A stretch of DNA of 22,985 bases, taken from the NCBI RefSeq assembly GCF_006345805.1, contig NW_021824129.1, positions 1-22,985 of the forward strand. The letters are read 5' to 3'. The notes under the pieces were generated by a model. It worked only from the letters and a program-made list of their open reading frames with translations. It was not told the DNA's origin and searched no databases. Below, piece after piece: positions 10,851 through 20,870 of the stretch. The position numbers and the translations under genes were made by a program. How positions within the stretch are numbered: position 1 is the stretch's first letter; every line of letters begins with the position of its first letter. Source of the stretch: Octopus sinensis (Eukaryota).

Positions 10851-11060
10851 ATACGTGTTACAACATGTATATGTAAAAATCTTTATTCTCACTTTCCTAC
10901 TTTACACGTGTTTCGTTCTCTAACATCCCGTTTCATCTGGTTCCTCAGAATAAATAATAAATCAACAAATCATCCGAGGTCAGATGTCAAATTAAAAAAT
11001 TTTTAAAATATTTATTAAAGAAATTTGCTGCACAAAACAATTGTAAATAAATAATATGGT

Positions 11061-11292
11061 TTTTGTTGTGTCTGTTGAGAGTCATTCTCTTTTAGTACCG
11101 TATTATTTAACACACTCACCGGTAAAATTTCCACTTATTTCGTCTTTTTATTTTCCTAAAATTTTCGTTGCGTCTTGCAAACTTTTCAAAATTTTAGGAA
11201 AATAAAAAGACGAAATAAGTGGAAATTTTACCGGTGAATGTGTTAAACAATAAGGTACTAAAAGAGAATGACTCTCAACAGACACAACAGAA
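11061..11292. repeat. Foldback inverted repeat: 105-bp arms, 22-nt spacer (MITE-like or foldback element)
   Basis: 11061-11165 is the reverse complement of 11188-11292 with 4 mismatches and no gaps (manual alignment). Confidence 0.95.
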
Positions 11293-11564
11293 TATACTTC
11301 AATACACGAACTTATATAAAGAATCTTGCAAACCAAATCCAAAAACCAAATATGGGTTTTGTTCTTGCATATTTCAACTACGGAATAAATGTCAAGGCTT
11401 ATGATTTAAGTAACACAAATGGAAGTTCGTACCAGCTTCTCATAAATGCTTGTACAGGCAGAGACATGGCCGACGAATATTTTTGAAATATCAATAACTT
11501 TTTTAAAAATGACTTCATACGTACTTTTCTTAAATATTCTAATTAACGAATGATTATTTATTTA

Positions 11565-11808
11565 TGCGCCCTTTTCAAGCCTAGCTAGGCTCATGTGCCC
11601 GGTTTCCTGGTTTCTGTGGCGTATGTGTTCCCCCAGTTGGGCGGGACGCCAGTCCATCGAAGCGTTACTCAAGAAACAGGAACAGAGAGGGAGAGAAATT
11701 TGGGAACCTCGTTGAGCTTTAGGTGTTTTCGCTCAATAAACACACACAACGCTCTGTCTGGGAATCGAAACCGCGATTCTCCGACCGCGAGTCCGCCGCC
11801 CTAACTAC
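11565..11808 (-). mobile_element. SINE with C-type head/body and D-type tail, 5' clipped
   Basis: Minus strand: TAGTTAGGGCGGCGGACTCGCGGTC...GGTTTCGATTCCCAGAC...TTGAGCGAAAACACCTAAAGCTC (as at 15500), then GATGGACTGGCGTCCCGCCCAACTGGGGAACAC...AAAAGGGCGCA (as at about 2722-2813), then a (TAAA)n tail. Confidence 0.88.
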
Positions 11809-12330
11809 AAATCGTTACCATGCCGGACAAAATTCTTAGCGGTATTTCGCCTTTTTTGTATTCTGAGCTTGAAATTCTTCGATGTCTACTTTGCTTTTCA
11901 CCCGATCGGGATCGATAAAATAAAGACCAGTTACCCCTTTTCCGAAACTGCTGGCCTTGTACCAAAATCTGAATTCAGCATTTAATGCTTAAGGAAGGCT
12001 GGGAGCTGGCAGAATCGGTAGCATGCCAAGCAAAGTACTAAGCAGCATTTCGTTTGTCTCTGCGTTCTGAGTTCAAATTCCGCCGAGGTGGACTTTACCT
12101 TCTGTTCTTTCTGGGTCGATAAAATACGTATGATCTTAGCATGGGGGTCGATGTATTCGACATGCACCTCCTACGAAATTGTTAGCCCTATGCCAAACTT
12201 TGAAATGAATATGTCAACAGAAGGTCAATGATATAAATACCAGTGCTACACTGGTGTGGATTTAATCGATTTGTCCCCTCCACCAAAATTTCAGTCCTTG
12301 TGCCTTTAGTAGAAAGGGTTAACATTATTA
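11809..12330 (+). mobile_element. Three head-to-tail diverged SINE-A copies/fragments (11809-11976, 11995-12207, 12221-12330)
   Basis: Each carries recognisable SINE-A modules (GAGCTGGCAGAATCG, GTTCTGAGTTCAAATTCCGCCGAGG, GGCCTTGTACCAAAA, GTCCTTGTGCCTTTAGTAGAAAG). Confidence 0.75.
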
Positions 12331-12334
12331 TCAC

Positions 12335-12730
12335 GGTGGCGAGCTGGCAGAAACGTTAGCACGCCGGGCGAAATGCTTAGTGGTGTTTCGTCTGCCGCTA
12401 CGTTCTGAGTTCAAATTCCGCTGAGGTTGACTTTGCCTTTCATCCTTTCAGGGTCGATTAAATAAGTACTAGTTACACACTGAGGTCGATATAATCGACT
12501 TAATCCGTTTGTCTGTCCTTGTTTGTCTTCTCTGTGTTTAGACCCTTGTAGGTAGTAAAGAAATAGGTATTTCGTTTGTCTTTACGTTCAGAGTTCAAAT
12601 TACGCCGAGGCTCAGTTTACCTTTCATCCTTCCGGGATGAATGAAAAACAAAGTACCAGTTAAACACTGGGGCCAATGTAGTCGACTTACCCATTAACTT
12701 GCTGGTCTTGTACCAAAATTAGAAACCAAT
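12335..12730 (+). mobile_element. SINE-A dimer
   Basis: Full head GGTGGCGAGCTGGCAGAAACGTTAGCACGCCGGGCG. The second unit starts at 12566 after the junction GTAGTAAAGAAATA|GGTATTTCG. Confidence 0.9.
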
Positions 12731-12973
12731 TTTTGACTTTCAGGGAAAATACAAGTATAATGGCGATTATAATTAAAATTTCGGACTGCTTTTTTATTTT
12801 TTTGGCCCATAATGAGTTGTAATTAATTTGTCGTATGATGTGTTCTTAGGAACTTTTCCACTAAATTCATGGAAAATATATGTATACATGCATACAGAGA
12901 CGCACAGGCACACACATATAAAAAATCATATATATATTCATGCATACATGCATATATACATACACGTATATAT

Positions 12974-13007
<34 letters not shown>

Positions 13008-13274
13008 CCTATGCATATATGTATTTATGTATGTGTAAAAACACACACATACGGACAAATATATATATATATATGTGTGTGTGTGTATGTGTGTGCACCA
13101 TTAAGCTTCTACGAAGAGGGTGGCCACATTTTGGCTATAATGCAATGTTGAAGAGTTGGTGGTGGTTGTAGTAGTGGCGTAGGTAGTGGTATTGGTGGTG
13201 GGTAGTAGTAGAAAGAGGATAAAGCTGCAGCAACAACACCATCATAAGTAATTATATCCGTTTTTATCCCTCTC

Positions 13275-13817
13275 TCTCTCTCTCTTTATATATATATATA
13301 TATTTATATATATTATATATATATTATACATACATACATATATATACATACATATATACATATATATACATACATATATACATACATACATATATACATA
13401 CATATATATATACATACATATATATATATATATACACATATATATACATACATACATAAATATAAACATACATATACATATAAACATACATATACACATA
13501 TATATATATACATACATACATATATATATACATATATATACATACATACATATATATATACATACATACATACATATATATATACATACATACATACATA
13601 TATATATACATACATACATACATATATATATACATACATATATATATACATACATATATATATACATACATATATATATACATACATATATATATATACA
13701 CACATATATATATACATATATATACATACATATATACATACATATATACATACATATATATATATACATACATATATATATATACATACATATATATATA
13801 TACATACATATATATAT

Positions 13818-13848
<31 letters not shown>

Positions 13849-13928
13849 CATATATACATACATATATATATATACATACATATACATACATATATATATA
13901 TATATATACATACATATATATTATATAT
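13275..13928. repeat. About 650-bp compound (TA)n/(TACA)n array
   Basis: Direct reading. Source of the three roughly 200-aa MYIY/VCIY ORFs. Confidence 0.97.
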
Positions 13929-14802
13929 GAACGCTACTTATGACTCTAAGATTTTCGATGATGATGGTGGTGATGATGATGCTGATGAGGAGGTGGATGT
14001 GGAGGATCGTGGTTGTAGGGCGGAGGAAGGGACGATAAATAGGAGCGTGTCACTAAATATTCTCTGCCATCCACAAACAATCAAAGCGAAATTTCATTAA
14101 TTTTATGAGGGACGAAACAAACGAAAAAAAAAACAAACAAAACAACAAAAGACAAACAATTTAAGATAAACGAAGAAAAACACTTAAGATATAAAACCTA
14201 AAAATATAAATATTTCGATGTGTACATTATGTATAAAAGGAAGCCATGGATTTTCGGATGTGTGATTAATGAGTTTAAATGATTAGTACGCGACTTTAGG
14301 ATTGGATGGGTTAATGAATAAAAAATAAAGTGTTTGTGTATGAGTATATATATATGAGTGGGGTGTGGGTGTTTGTGTGTATGTCTTGAAAAATGAGGCA
14401 AGGAAAAGAAAGAAAAGAATGCCGATGAAATTAAGAAAAGCTGTAAAATTAAGAATTTTAATTAAGACGAGAAAAGAAATGATCGTTAAGAAAGCAAAAA
14501 AACAATAATGACAATATAAGAAAGAACACAGGAATGTGTAGTGTATGTATGTATGTGTGTATGTGTGTTTGTGTATGTGTGTGTGTGTGTGTGTGTGTTT
14601 GTCTTTGGATGCTTGTTGTGTGGGTGGATGCTATGTGTAGTTTTAAATGTATTTTTAGCCGGGCAAAGAAGAAAAGAATAAAGCGTAGCGATAGAACACA
14701 ACGACATAAGGATGAGGGTGGGGAATAAAGAAGAGGAAGAAGGAGAATCAGATGATGATAACGAAGATGGTGAAGACGTTCATGATCATGATGGAGAAGG
14801 CA

Positions 14803-14865
14803 GTTTGTCTGTCCGTGTTTGTCCCCTCTATGTTTAGCCCTTTGTGGGCAATGAAGAAATAAGAA
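14803..14865 (+). mobile_element. SINE-A linker fragment
   Basis: GTTTGTCTGTCCGTGTTTGTCCCCTCTATGTTTAGCCCTTTGTGGGCAATGAAGAAATAAGAA matches the inter-unit segment at about 866-925 (minus strand). Confidence 0.8.
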
Positions 14866-14867
14866 GA

Positions 14868-15131
14868 GTCTGCTCGTGAAATATATGTGCAAGTGGCTGA
14901 GCACTCCACAGACGCGCGTACACTTATGATCGTTCTCATGGAGATTTCGTGTGATACAGAATGTGACAAGGCTGGCCATTTGAAATACAAGTATAATTTA
15001 TTTTTGTCAGTTCAATAGACTGGCGTAACGTGAAAATAAATTGTCTTGCCTAAACAATACGCTGCTGGCAATGAAAATTACGCCCTTACGATAGTGAACG
15101 AAATGTCCGGACCACAGTACCACACGCCTTC
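14868..15131 (-). mobile_element. Diverged SINE with D-type head/body and C-type tail
   Basis: 14993-15131 aligns to the reverse complement of 2575-2720 (TTTTTGTCAG...AGACTGGCGTAACGTGAAA...CTTACGAT...CCACACGCCTTC). 14868-14992 aligns to the reverse complement of about 15695-15815 (CTGCTCGTGAA...CACTCCACAGAC...GTGACAAGG...TTGAAATACA). Confidence 0.75.
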
Positions 15132-15499
15132 ATGCTGAATATTAATTACACCATGTACTACTCCTCAGCGTATCCATTCTTAAAACTTTTCGGCAGATTC
15201 GAGCGTAAAAATCTGATCAATATTGTTTTTCTTTCTTCTCTAACAACATATCTTCCCTTTAGATGACGTCTGTCTATAACACCCAACATTCACAAGTGGA
15301 AGGAGTTTTAGAGATACAGCAATTTTTCGATCTCTTATATCTCCTCATTCAAAGCTACCCCACCGAGAAAATGAAACGAAGAAGAACACGAGCTCTTGTT
15401 TACAGCAATGAGCAAACAAATTATTTGCTGATACGTATTTGATACCTGCCAAACTGTTATTGTTTGGACTGTCGCTAGTCTGAAGGTATTCATGAATGT

Positions 15500-15878
15500 G
15501 GAGGCACAATGGCCCAGTGGTTAGGGCAGCGGACTCGCGGTCATAGGATCGCGGTTTCGATTCCCAGACCGGGCGTTGTGAGTGCTTATTGAGCGAAAAC
15601 CCATAAAGCTTCACGAGGCTCCGGCAGGGGATGGCGGCGACCCCTGTTGTACTCTTTCACCACAACTTTCCCTCACTCTTACTCCTGTTTCTGTTGTACC
15701 TGTATTTCAAAGGCCGGGCCTTGTCACTCTCTGTGTCACGCTGAATATCCCTGAGAACTACGTAAGGGTACACGTGTCTGTGGAGTGCCATCAGACACGT
15801 TAATTTCACGAGCAGGCTGTTTCGGCATCAACCGAAACCCTCGTCGTCGTAACCGACGGAGTGCTTCCATCCATTCCA
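15500..15878 (+). mobile_element. SINE with C-type body and C-type tail
   Basis: A box TGGCCCAGTGGTTAGG and B box GGTTTCGATTCCC. Ends GTCGTCGTAACCGACGGAGTGC plus a (TCCA)-like tail. Confidence 0.9.
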
Positions 15879-16231
15879 TGAATAATCTTCTGGTTGGTAG
15901 ACATCAGCACGCGTCAGCAAATAATTGTTTGCGGGTTCCCATAAAAAAGAGCTCATTTATCTTGTCAGATGTATCAATGAGGCGGAGTAGATATAATTAA
16001 GAGGCATGTAACGAGGGAGAAACACCGCAGTTCCTCAAATTTTCTTATGCAACTGAATCGCGTGTATTATGAACACACAACACCTAATGTGGGGAGGTGT
16101 TTTCCGCTGAAGAAAAACAACAGCAATGAGATATTCCGTTTCTCATCTGCCACAGCCTATTAAGAATGGACAAATGCGTTATTGCTTCAACTCTCGCTGT
16201 TCTATATGCAACGCATGAAGTATTACCTACA

Positions 16232-16279
16232 ACTACTACTGCTACTACTACTAATACTACTACTACTAATAATAATAAT
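16232..16279. repeat. (CTA)n-(AAT)n microsatellite
   Basis: Direct reading. Confidence 0.9.
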
Positions 16280-16492
16280 GGTTTCAAATTTTTCCACAAG
16301 GGCAGAAATTTTGGGTATGAGGATCAGTCGGTTACATCGACCCCCAGTGTTTCACTGGGACTTAATTTATCGTCACTGATGGATGAAAGCCAATAGTCGA
16401 CCTCTGCGGAATTTGAACACAGAACGTAAAGATAGACGAAATATTGCTGAGCATTTCGCCAGGTGTGCTAACAGTTCTGCCAGCTCACCGCC
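16280..16492 (-). mobile_element. SINE-A monomer flanked by (AAT)n on both sides
   Basis: Minus strand GGCGGTGAGCTGGCAGAACTGTTAGCAC ... AATTTGAAACC, followed by (ATT)n. Confidence 0.88.
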
Positions 16493-16510
16493 TTAATAAT
16501 AATAATAATG

Positions 16511-17058
16511 ATGACCCACAGAACAATCTAGGCTAATCGACGACTAGACATATTCATTAAAGACGGGGAAGAAAATACTTGTAGGCTAATAAATGTAAGT
16601 TTTCCCACTGATAAAAGTATATCTGCAAAGGAATTTGTCAAATTAAGTAAGTATAAGGAACCGGAAATTGCAATACAAAAGATATAGCATCTTAAAGCGC
16701 AAAGTGTTCCTGTTATAGTGGGTGTCCTAGCTATGATAAGAAGGGGCTGTCAGAAACATCTAGATAATATCCAAAGAGAACCACGTGTCAGAGAAATTCA
16801 AAAGTTTGTGCTGACAAAGTATTGCTCACATCCTTAAAGAAAAAAAAACTCTCAATTTAAATGTCTGTGTTGTTTTACATGAAGATATTTCGCTACTGCT
16901 CATACAACTTTTTCTCCCCACGCTAACAGTCATACTGTAACATATCTTAATCCTGCACTCGCCTTAGGACACTGGGTGTCTCTCGGCAAGTGATTATAAC
17001 AAACATTTAGATTAAAAAAGTAAATAATAATAATAATAAAAATAATAATAATAATAAT
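16511..17058 (+). mobile_element. 5'-truncated R4/Dong-like non-LTR retrotransposon: decayed restriction-like endonuclease C-terminus (16511-16860), 3' UTR and (AAT)n tail
   Basis: Manual translation from 16514: THRTI*ANRRLDIFIKDGEENTCRLINVSFPTDKSISAKEFVKLSKYKEPEIAIQKI*HLKAQSVPVIVGVLAMIRRGCQKHLDNIQREPRVREIQKFVLT / SIAHILK / LSI*. This matches the RPD...D...K-x2-KY...VPVIVGALG...AHIL pattern of RLE-type LINEs. It has two stops and two frameshifts. Dong elements are known to target TAA repeats. Absent from the ORF track. Confidence 0.85.
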
Positions 17059-17585
17059 ATGGCTTCTGATCTTAACTGACTGGAAGTGTTATCATGTACA
17101 TTGTTTTGTCTTGGTGTTAAAGATGGGCTACAGCAAATATTATGCTCAATACCACAGATTTGCTTGTCTGTTGTTAGATCTTAACCAGTTGAGCATGTCC
17201 TTTAGTGGCTGACGATATGTGCATCTCTGATCATGAGCAGAAGTAGTGGGGGAGCATCATAGCCGTGTGTTGAGAGGGATTCTAAGAGGTTTGGATAATT
17301 CACCTCTGGAAACATGGGTGGTTCGTTCAACATCCTTTAACAATCCTTATTCAAGGACCTTTTGAGCGGGATGGGTTACTCGACCAGAAGAAAATTCTAA
17401 TTGGGCCCCTCTTGCAATGTCATGCGCTGTTTATCTTGATATGAGATCACCATGTCGCGCATATATGGTTGAGATGCATAAGGGTAGTAATGATGGGTAT
17501 AGTGGGCTTCGTATATTTTACCCCAGTGTCACTTTGATGGCATGCACGGCTCTCTCACTCAATAATAATAATAATAATAATAATA
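17059..17585 (+). mobile_element. Repeat E (unclassified, about 500 bp) ending in (AAT)n
   Basis: Bounded by (AAT)n on both sides, with a second copy at 9718-9908. I see no A/B boxes, TIRs or recognisable protein. Orientation is inferred from the AAT tail. Confidence 0.7.
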
Positions 17586-17796
17586 AAATATTCAGACAAA
17601 TACGTAACAAAAACACCAGGACTTACAAACACATATAACATACAGAAAGTTGCACTGCTAGGCATTGCACACATCCTACGCAAAACACTTTCCATACAGA
17701 AACAATCAGAGCATCACAACAAATCACAGCACATACCCAAGGCACACAGAGCTGCGCTCGGTAGTGAAGTGAAAGCACGATATAAAAATGAAACTA

Positions 17797-17832
<36 letters not shown>
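17583..17832 (+). mobile_element. Second, distinct R4/Dong-like LINE 3' end with (AAT)n tail
   Basis: 17583-17699 translates IKYSDKYVTKTPGLTNTYNIQKVALLGIAHILRKTLSIQ, homologous to the end of the 16511 fragment (IQK.VL..IAHIL...LSI). It has a different 3' UTR (17703-17799), then (AAT)n 17800-17832. Confidence 0.85.
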
Positions 17833-17833
<1 letters not shown>

Positions 17834-17970
17834 GTTTAAAATTTTAGCACAAGGCCTGGAGTTTTAGATTAAGCCAAAATGATAAACGGAAAAGTCGACC
17901 TCGGCGGAATTTCAATTTACAATGTGAAGGCGGACGAAATGCTACTATGAACTTTGCCTGGCGTGCTAAC
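17833..17970 (-). mobile_element. Internally deleted SINE-A
   Basis: GCACAAGGCCTG ... AAAGTCGACCTCGGCGGAATTT ... GACGAAATGCTA ... GGCGTGCTAAC. Confidence 0.8.
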
Positions 17971-18079
17971 TACTGATATCAATACAGCAACAAGAATAAC
18001 AACGATATCTCAACTGTTAGTAAACTATTTCTCCCGTGGATGCTATAAAGGGGGGGAAACAAACGTTCGCGTCGAATAT

Positions 18080-18380
18080 GAAAGATGGGTGTGGTGATGG
18101 TAGCGGTTGCTGCAGTGATGATAGCAATGCTATGTGGTGGAGTTGGTGGGGATATTGTTGGTGGTGATGACGGTGATGTGTATGTGTTGTTGTTGTTGTT
18201 CTAGTTGTTATTGTTTGTTGTGGCAGTGTTGATGACAGTGAGGATGAAAATGATGACAGCAGGGATGGTATTCGTTATGGGGTGGATTCAATGGTGGTGG
18301 TGGCGGTGATGTTGGTGTGGGGGTGATTATATCGGTGGTGATAACAATGAGGATGGTGGTGTTGATTTGGTGGCGATGAC
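18080..18380. repeat. Degenerate GGT/GAT/GTT triplet low-complexity tract (similar tract at about 19010-19340)
   Basis: Direct reading; strong G+T skew on the + strand. Confidence 0.8.
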
Positions 18381-18507
18381 GGAAGGGTTTTTATAGCGAT
18401 GATTTCGAAAATGGCCGTTGTTATATGGCACCAAATCAGGCCTCACTGAATGGGCATATGATAAAAAGCATTCCACCCATGCTTTTTCCATCTTTCTTTT
18501 TCTGTGT

Positions 18508-18908
18508 AGACGTAAGTGTGGGTGTGTGGTAAGTAGCTTGCTTACGAACCACATGGTTCTGGGTTCAGTCCCACTGCGTGGCACTTTGGGCGAGTGACTC
18601 CTACAATAACCTCGGGCCGATTAAAGCATTGTGAGTGGATTTGGTAGAAGGAAACTGAAAGAAGCCCATCGCATATATGTATGAATGTGTGTATGTGTTT
18701 GGGCGTCTGTGTTCCCTCCCCCCAACATCGCTTGACAACCGATGCTGGTGTGTTTAAGTCTCCGTAACTTAGCGGTTTCGCAAAAGAGAACGCTAGAATA
18801 AGTACTAGGCTTACAAAGAATAAGTCCTGTGGTCGATTTGCTCGACTAAAGGCGGTGCTCCTAAATGGCCACAGTCAAATGACTGAAACAAGTAAAAGAG
18901 TAAAAGAG
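18508..18908 (+). mobile_element. SINE-B
   Basis: Head GTGTGGTAAGTAGCTTGCTTAC, B box GGGTTCAGTCCC, body CACTTTGGGCGAGTG, tail GACTGAAACAAGTAAAAGAGTAAAAGAG. Confidence 0.9.
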
Positions 18909-19485
18909 ACAATCCAGTATCCCATTATCAAGAGTTATGGTGTGATTTGAGGGGATTTTCTCAGCTATTTTTGGCAGCTAGTTCGGCCATATGAAGACTC
19001 CTTTGTCGACTGATGGTGGTATTGGTGGATGTAGCAATAGGAATTGTAAGAGGATTGTGGGGTTGGTGTTATGGGTTATAAGGAGGAGGTTATGGGTATA
19101 CAGAATGACTTGCGGTGTTTGAAGGAATTTAGGGGCTGGTAGGTATAGGTGTTATTAGTGATGAAGGATAACTTTTGGAGATTGTATATTTATAGGTGCG
19201 ATTAATGGTAGGGTTTTTACGGCGGGAGGAGTAGAGGGTCTATTGCGATGACGATGATGATAACGGAGGTGGTGGCTGTTCTACAGAACGTTGTGGAGCT
19301 GGTGATGGTGGCTGGTGAGAGTGGTGGCAGTGCTAATATTGTTAGTGGGTGAGGATGTGTGTAAATATGCTCTTGTGAGTGTGTGGTGTATGTGTGTGTG
19401 TATGTGTGCGTGTTTGTTCGTAAGAGCAAGTTTGTATGTGTGTGTTTGTGTGTGTACGTGTACATTGCTGAGTGAGTTCATATAT

Positions 19486-19655
19486 AGGCGTAGGAGTGGC
19501 TGTGGTAAGTAGCTTGCTTACCAAACCACATGGTTCCGGTTCAGTTCCACTCTGTGGCACCTTGGGCAAGTGTCATCTGCTATATCCTCGGGCCGATCAA
19601 AGCCTTGTGAGTGGATTTGATAGACGGAAACTGAAAGAAGTCCGTCGTATATATG

Positions 19656-19692
<37 letters not shown>

Positions 19693-19937
19693 TGGGTGTG
19701 TGTGTGTGTGTGTGTGTGTGGTGTTTGTGTGTCTGTGTTTGTCCCCTAACATCGCTTGACAACCAATGGTGTGTTTACGTCCCCGTAACTCAGCGGTTCG
19801 GCAAAAGAGACCGATGGAATAAGTACTAGGCTAACAAAGAATAAGTCCCGAGGTCGATTTGTTCGACTAAAAGCGGTGCTCCAGCATGGCCACAGTCAAA
19901 ATGACTGAAACAAGTAAAAGAATAAAAGGATAAAAGA
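19486..19937 (+). mobile_element. SINE-B (best-preserved copy)
   Basis: AGGCGTAGGAGTGGCTGTGGTAAG head. CACCTTGGGCAAGTGTC (19558-19574) resembles the CORE-SINE motif GACCTTGGGCAAGT. Internal TA/GT tract and (TAAAAGA)-like tail. Confidence 0.92.
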
Positions 19938-20193
19938 CTACATCACCATTCTCGTATGCCTTACCAACATGAGAATTGCTCATTGCTTCCCTAAGGTACT
20001 CGAATCAATAACCACTTACTTTCTCCAGTCATTGGACTGCTGTATTGCTAATTCCTAGGGCATGGTTTTGAAGGATTTCAAGGGAACAAATTAGCCCCTG
20101 AGTTTCCTACATCTCGTATCGGTCTCTTTAGTCACGGATGTTACGGATGTAAGCAAACCAGCAGAAATTCGAAAGTGATGGGGATGGGTTATA

Positions 20194-20197
<4 letters not shown>

Positions 20198-20243
<46 letters not shown>
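20198..20243. repeat. (CT)n microsatellite
   Basis: Direct reading. Confidence 0.97.
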
Positions 20244-20248
<5 letters not shown>

Positions 20249-20264
20249 CTGTCTGTCTATCTAT

Positions 20265-20647
20265 CTCTTTTACTTGTTTCAGTCATTTGACTGCGGCCAT
20301 ACTGGAGTACCGCTTTTAGTCGAGCAAATCGACCCCACGACTTATTATTTGTAAGCCTAGTACTTATTCTATCGGTATCTTACCGAAACGCTAAGTTACG
20401 GGGACGTAAACACACCAGCATCGGTTGTTAAGCGATGTTGGGGGAACAAGCACAGACACACAACACACACATATATATATACACACATACACACATATAC
20501 GACAGGCTTCTTTTCCACCAAATCCACTTTTGTCGGCCCGAGGCTATAGTAGAAGTCTTTCTACCCAAGGTGCCACGCAGTGGGACTGAACCTGGAACCA
20601 TGTAGTTGGTAAGCAAACTGTTTACCACACAGCCACTCCTGCGCCTA
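20265..20647 (-). mobile_element. SINE-B
   Basis: Reverse complement of the 19486 copy, from CTCTTTTACTTGTTTCAGTC to ACAGCCACTCCTGCGCCTA. Confidence 0.92.
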
Positions 20648-20754
20648 CAATCTATCTATCTATCTATCTATCTATCTGTAATCAATACAAATAAACGGAT
20701 AAAAACGAACACCATAAAGACGCAAAGAAGAAATGGACCAAATTCCCTCTCAGG

Positions 20755-20870
20755 TCATTGGTTGGCCCCCTAGGAATAGATGAAGACACTTGCCCAAAGT
20801 GTCACGCAGTGGGATTGAACCCGAAACCACGTGGTTGTAAATCGAGCTGATTAACCTGAAGAGCCATGCC
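20755..20870 (-). mobile_element. SINE-B head/CORE fragment
   Basis: GAAGACACTTGCCCAAAGTGTCACGCAGTGGGATTGAACCCGAAACCACGTGGTTG. Confidence 0.75.

Noticed and set aside
13242-13915. Three overlapping ORFs of about 200 aa (MYIY/VCIY repeats)
   Set aside because: Pure translation of a stop-poor TA/TACA array; no protein signal.
15500-15575. tRNA gene-like sequence (also the heads at 2575, 12335 and 19486)
   Set aside because: A/B boxes are present, but no complete cloverleaf is evident and each continues into a repeated SINE body.
18080-19937. Possible ancient tandem duplication of [GGT-rich block + SINE-B]
   Set aside because: I could not align the two low-complexity blocks or the intervening DNA; independent SINE insertions suffice.
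20025-20190. Possible very old minus-strand SINE-B-like 3' fragment (CAGTCATTGGACTGC...GTTACGGATGTAAGCAAACC)
   Set aside because: Similarity is patchy by eye; not listed as a feature without an alignment score.
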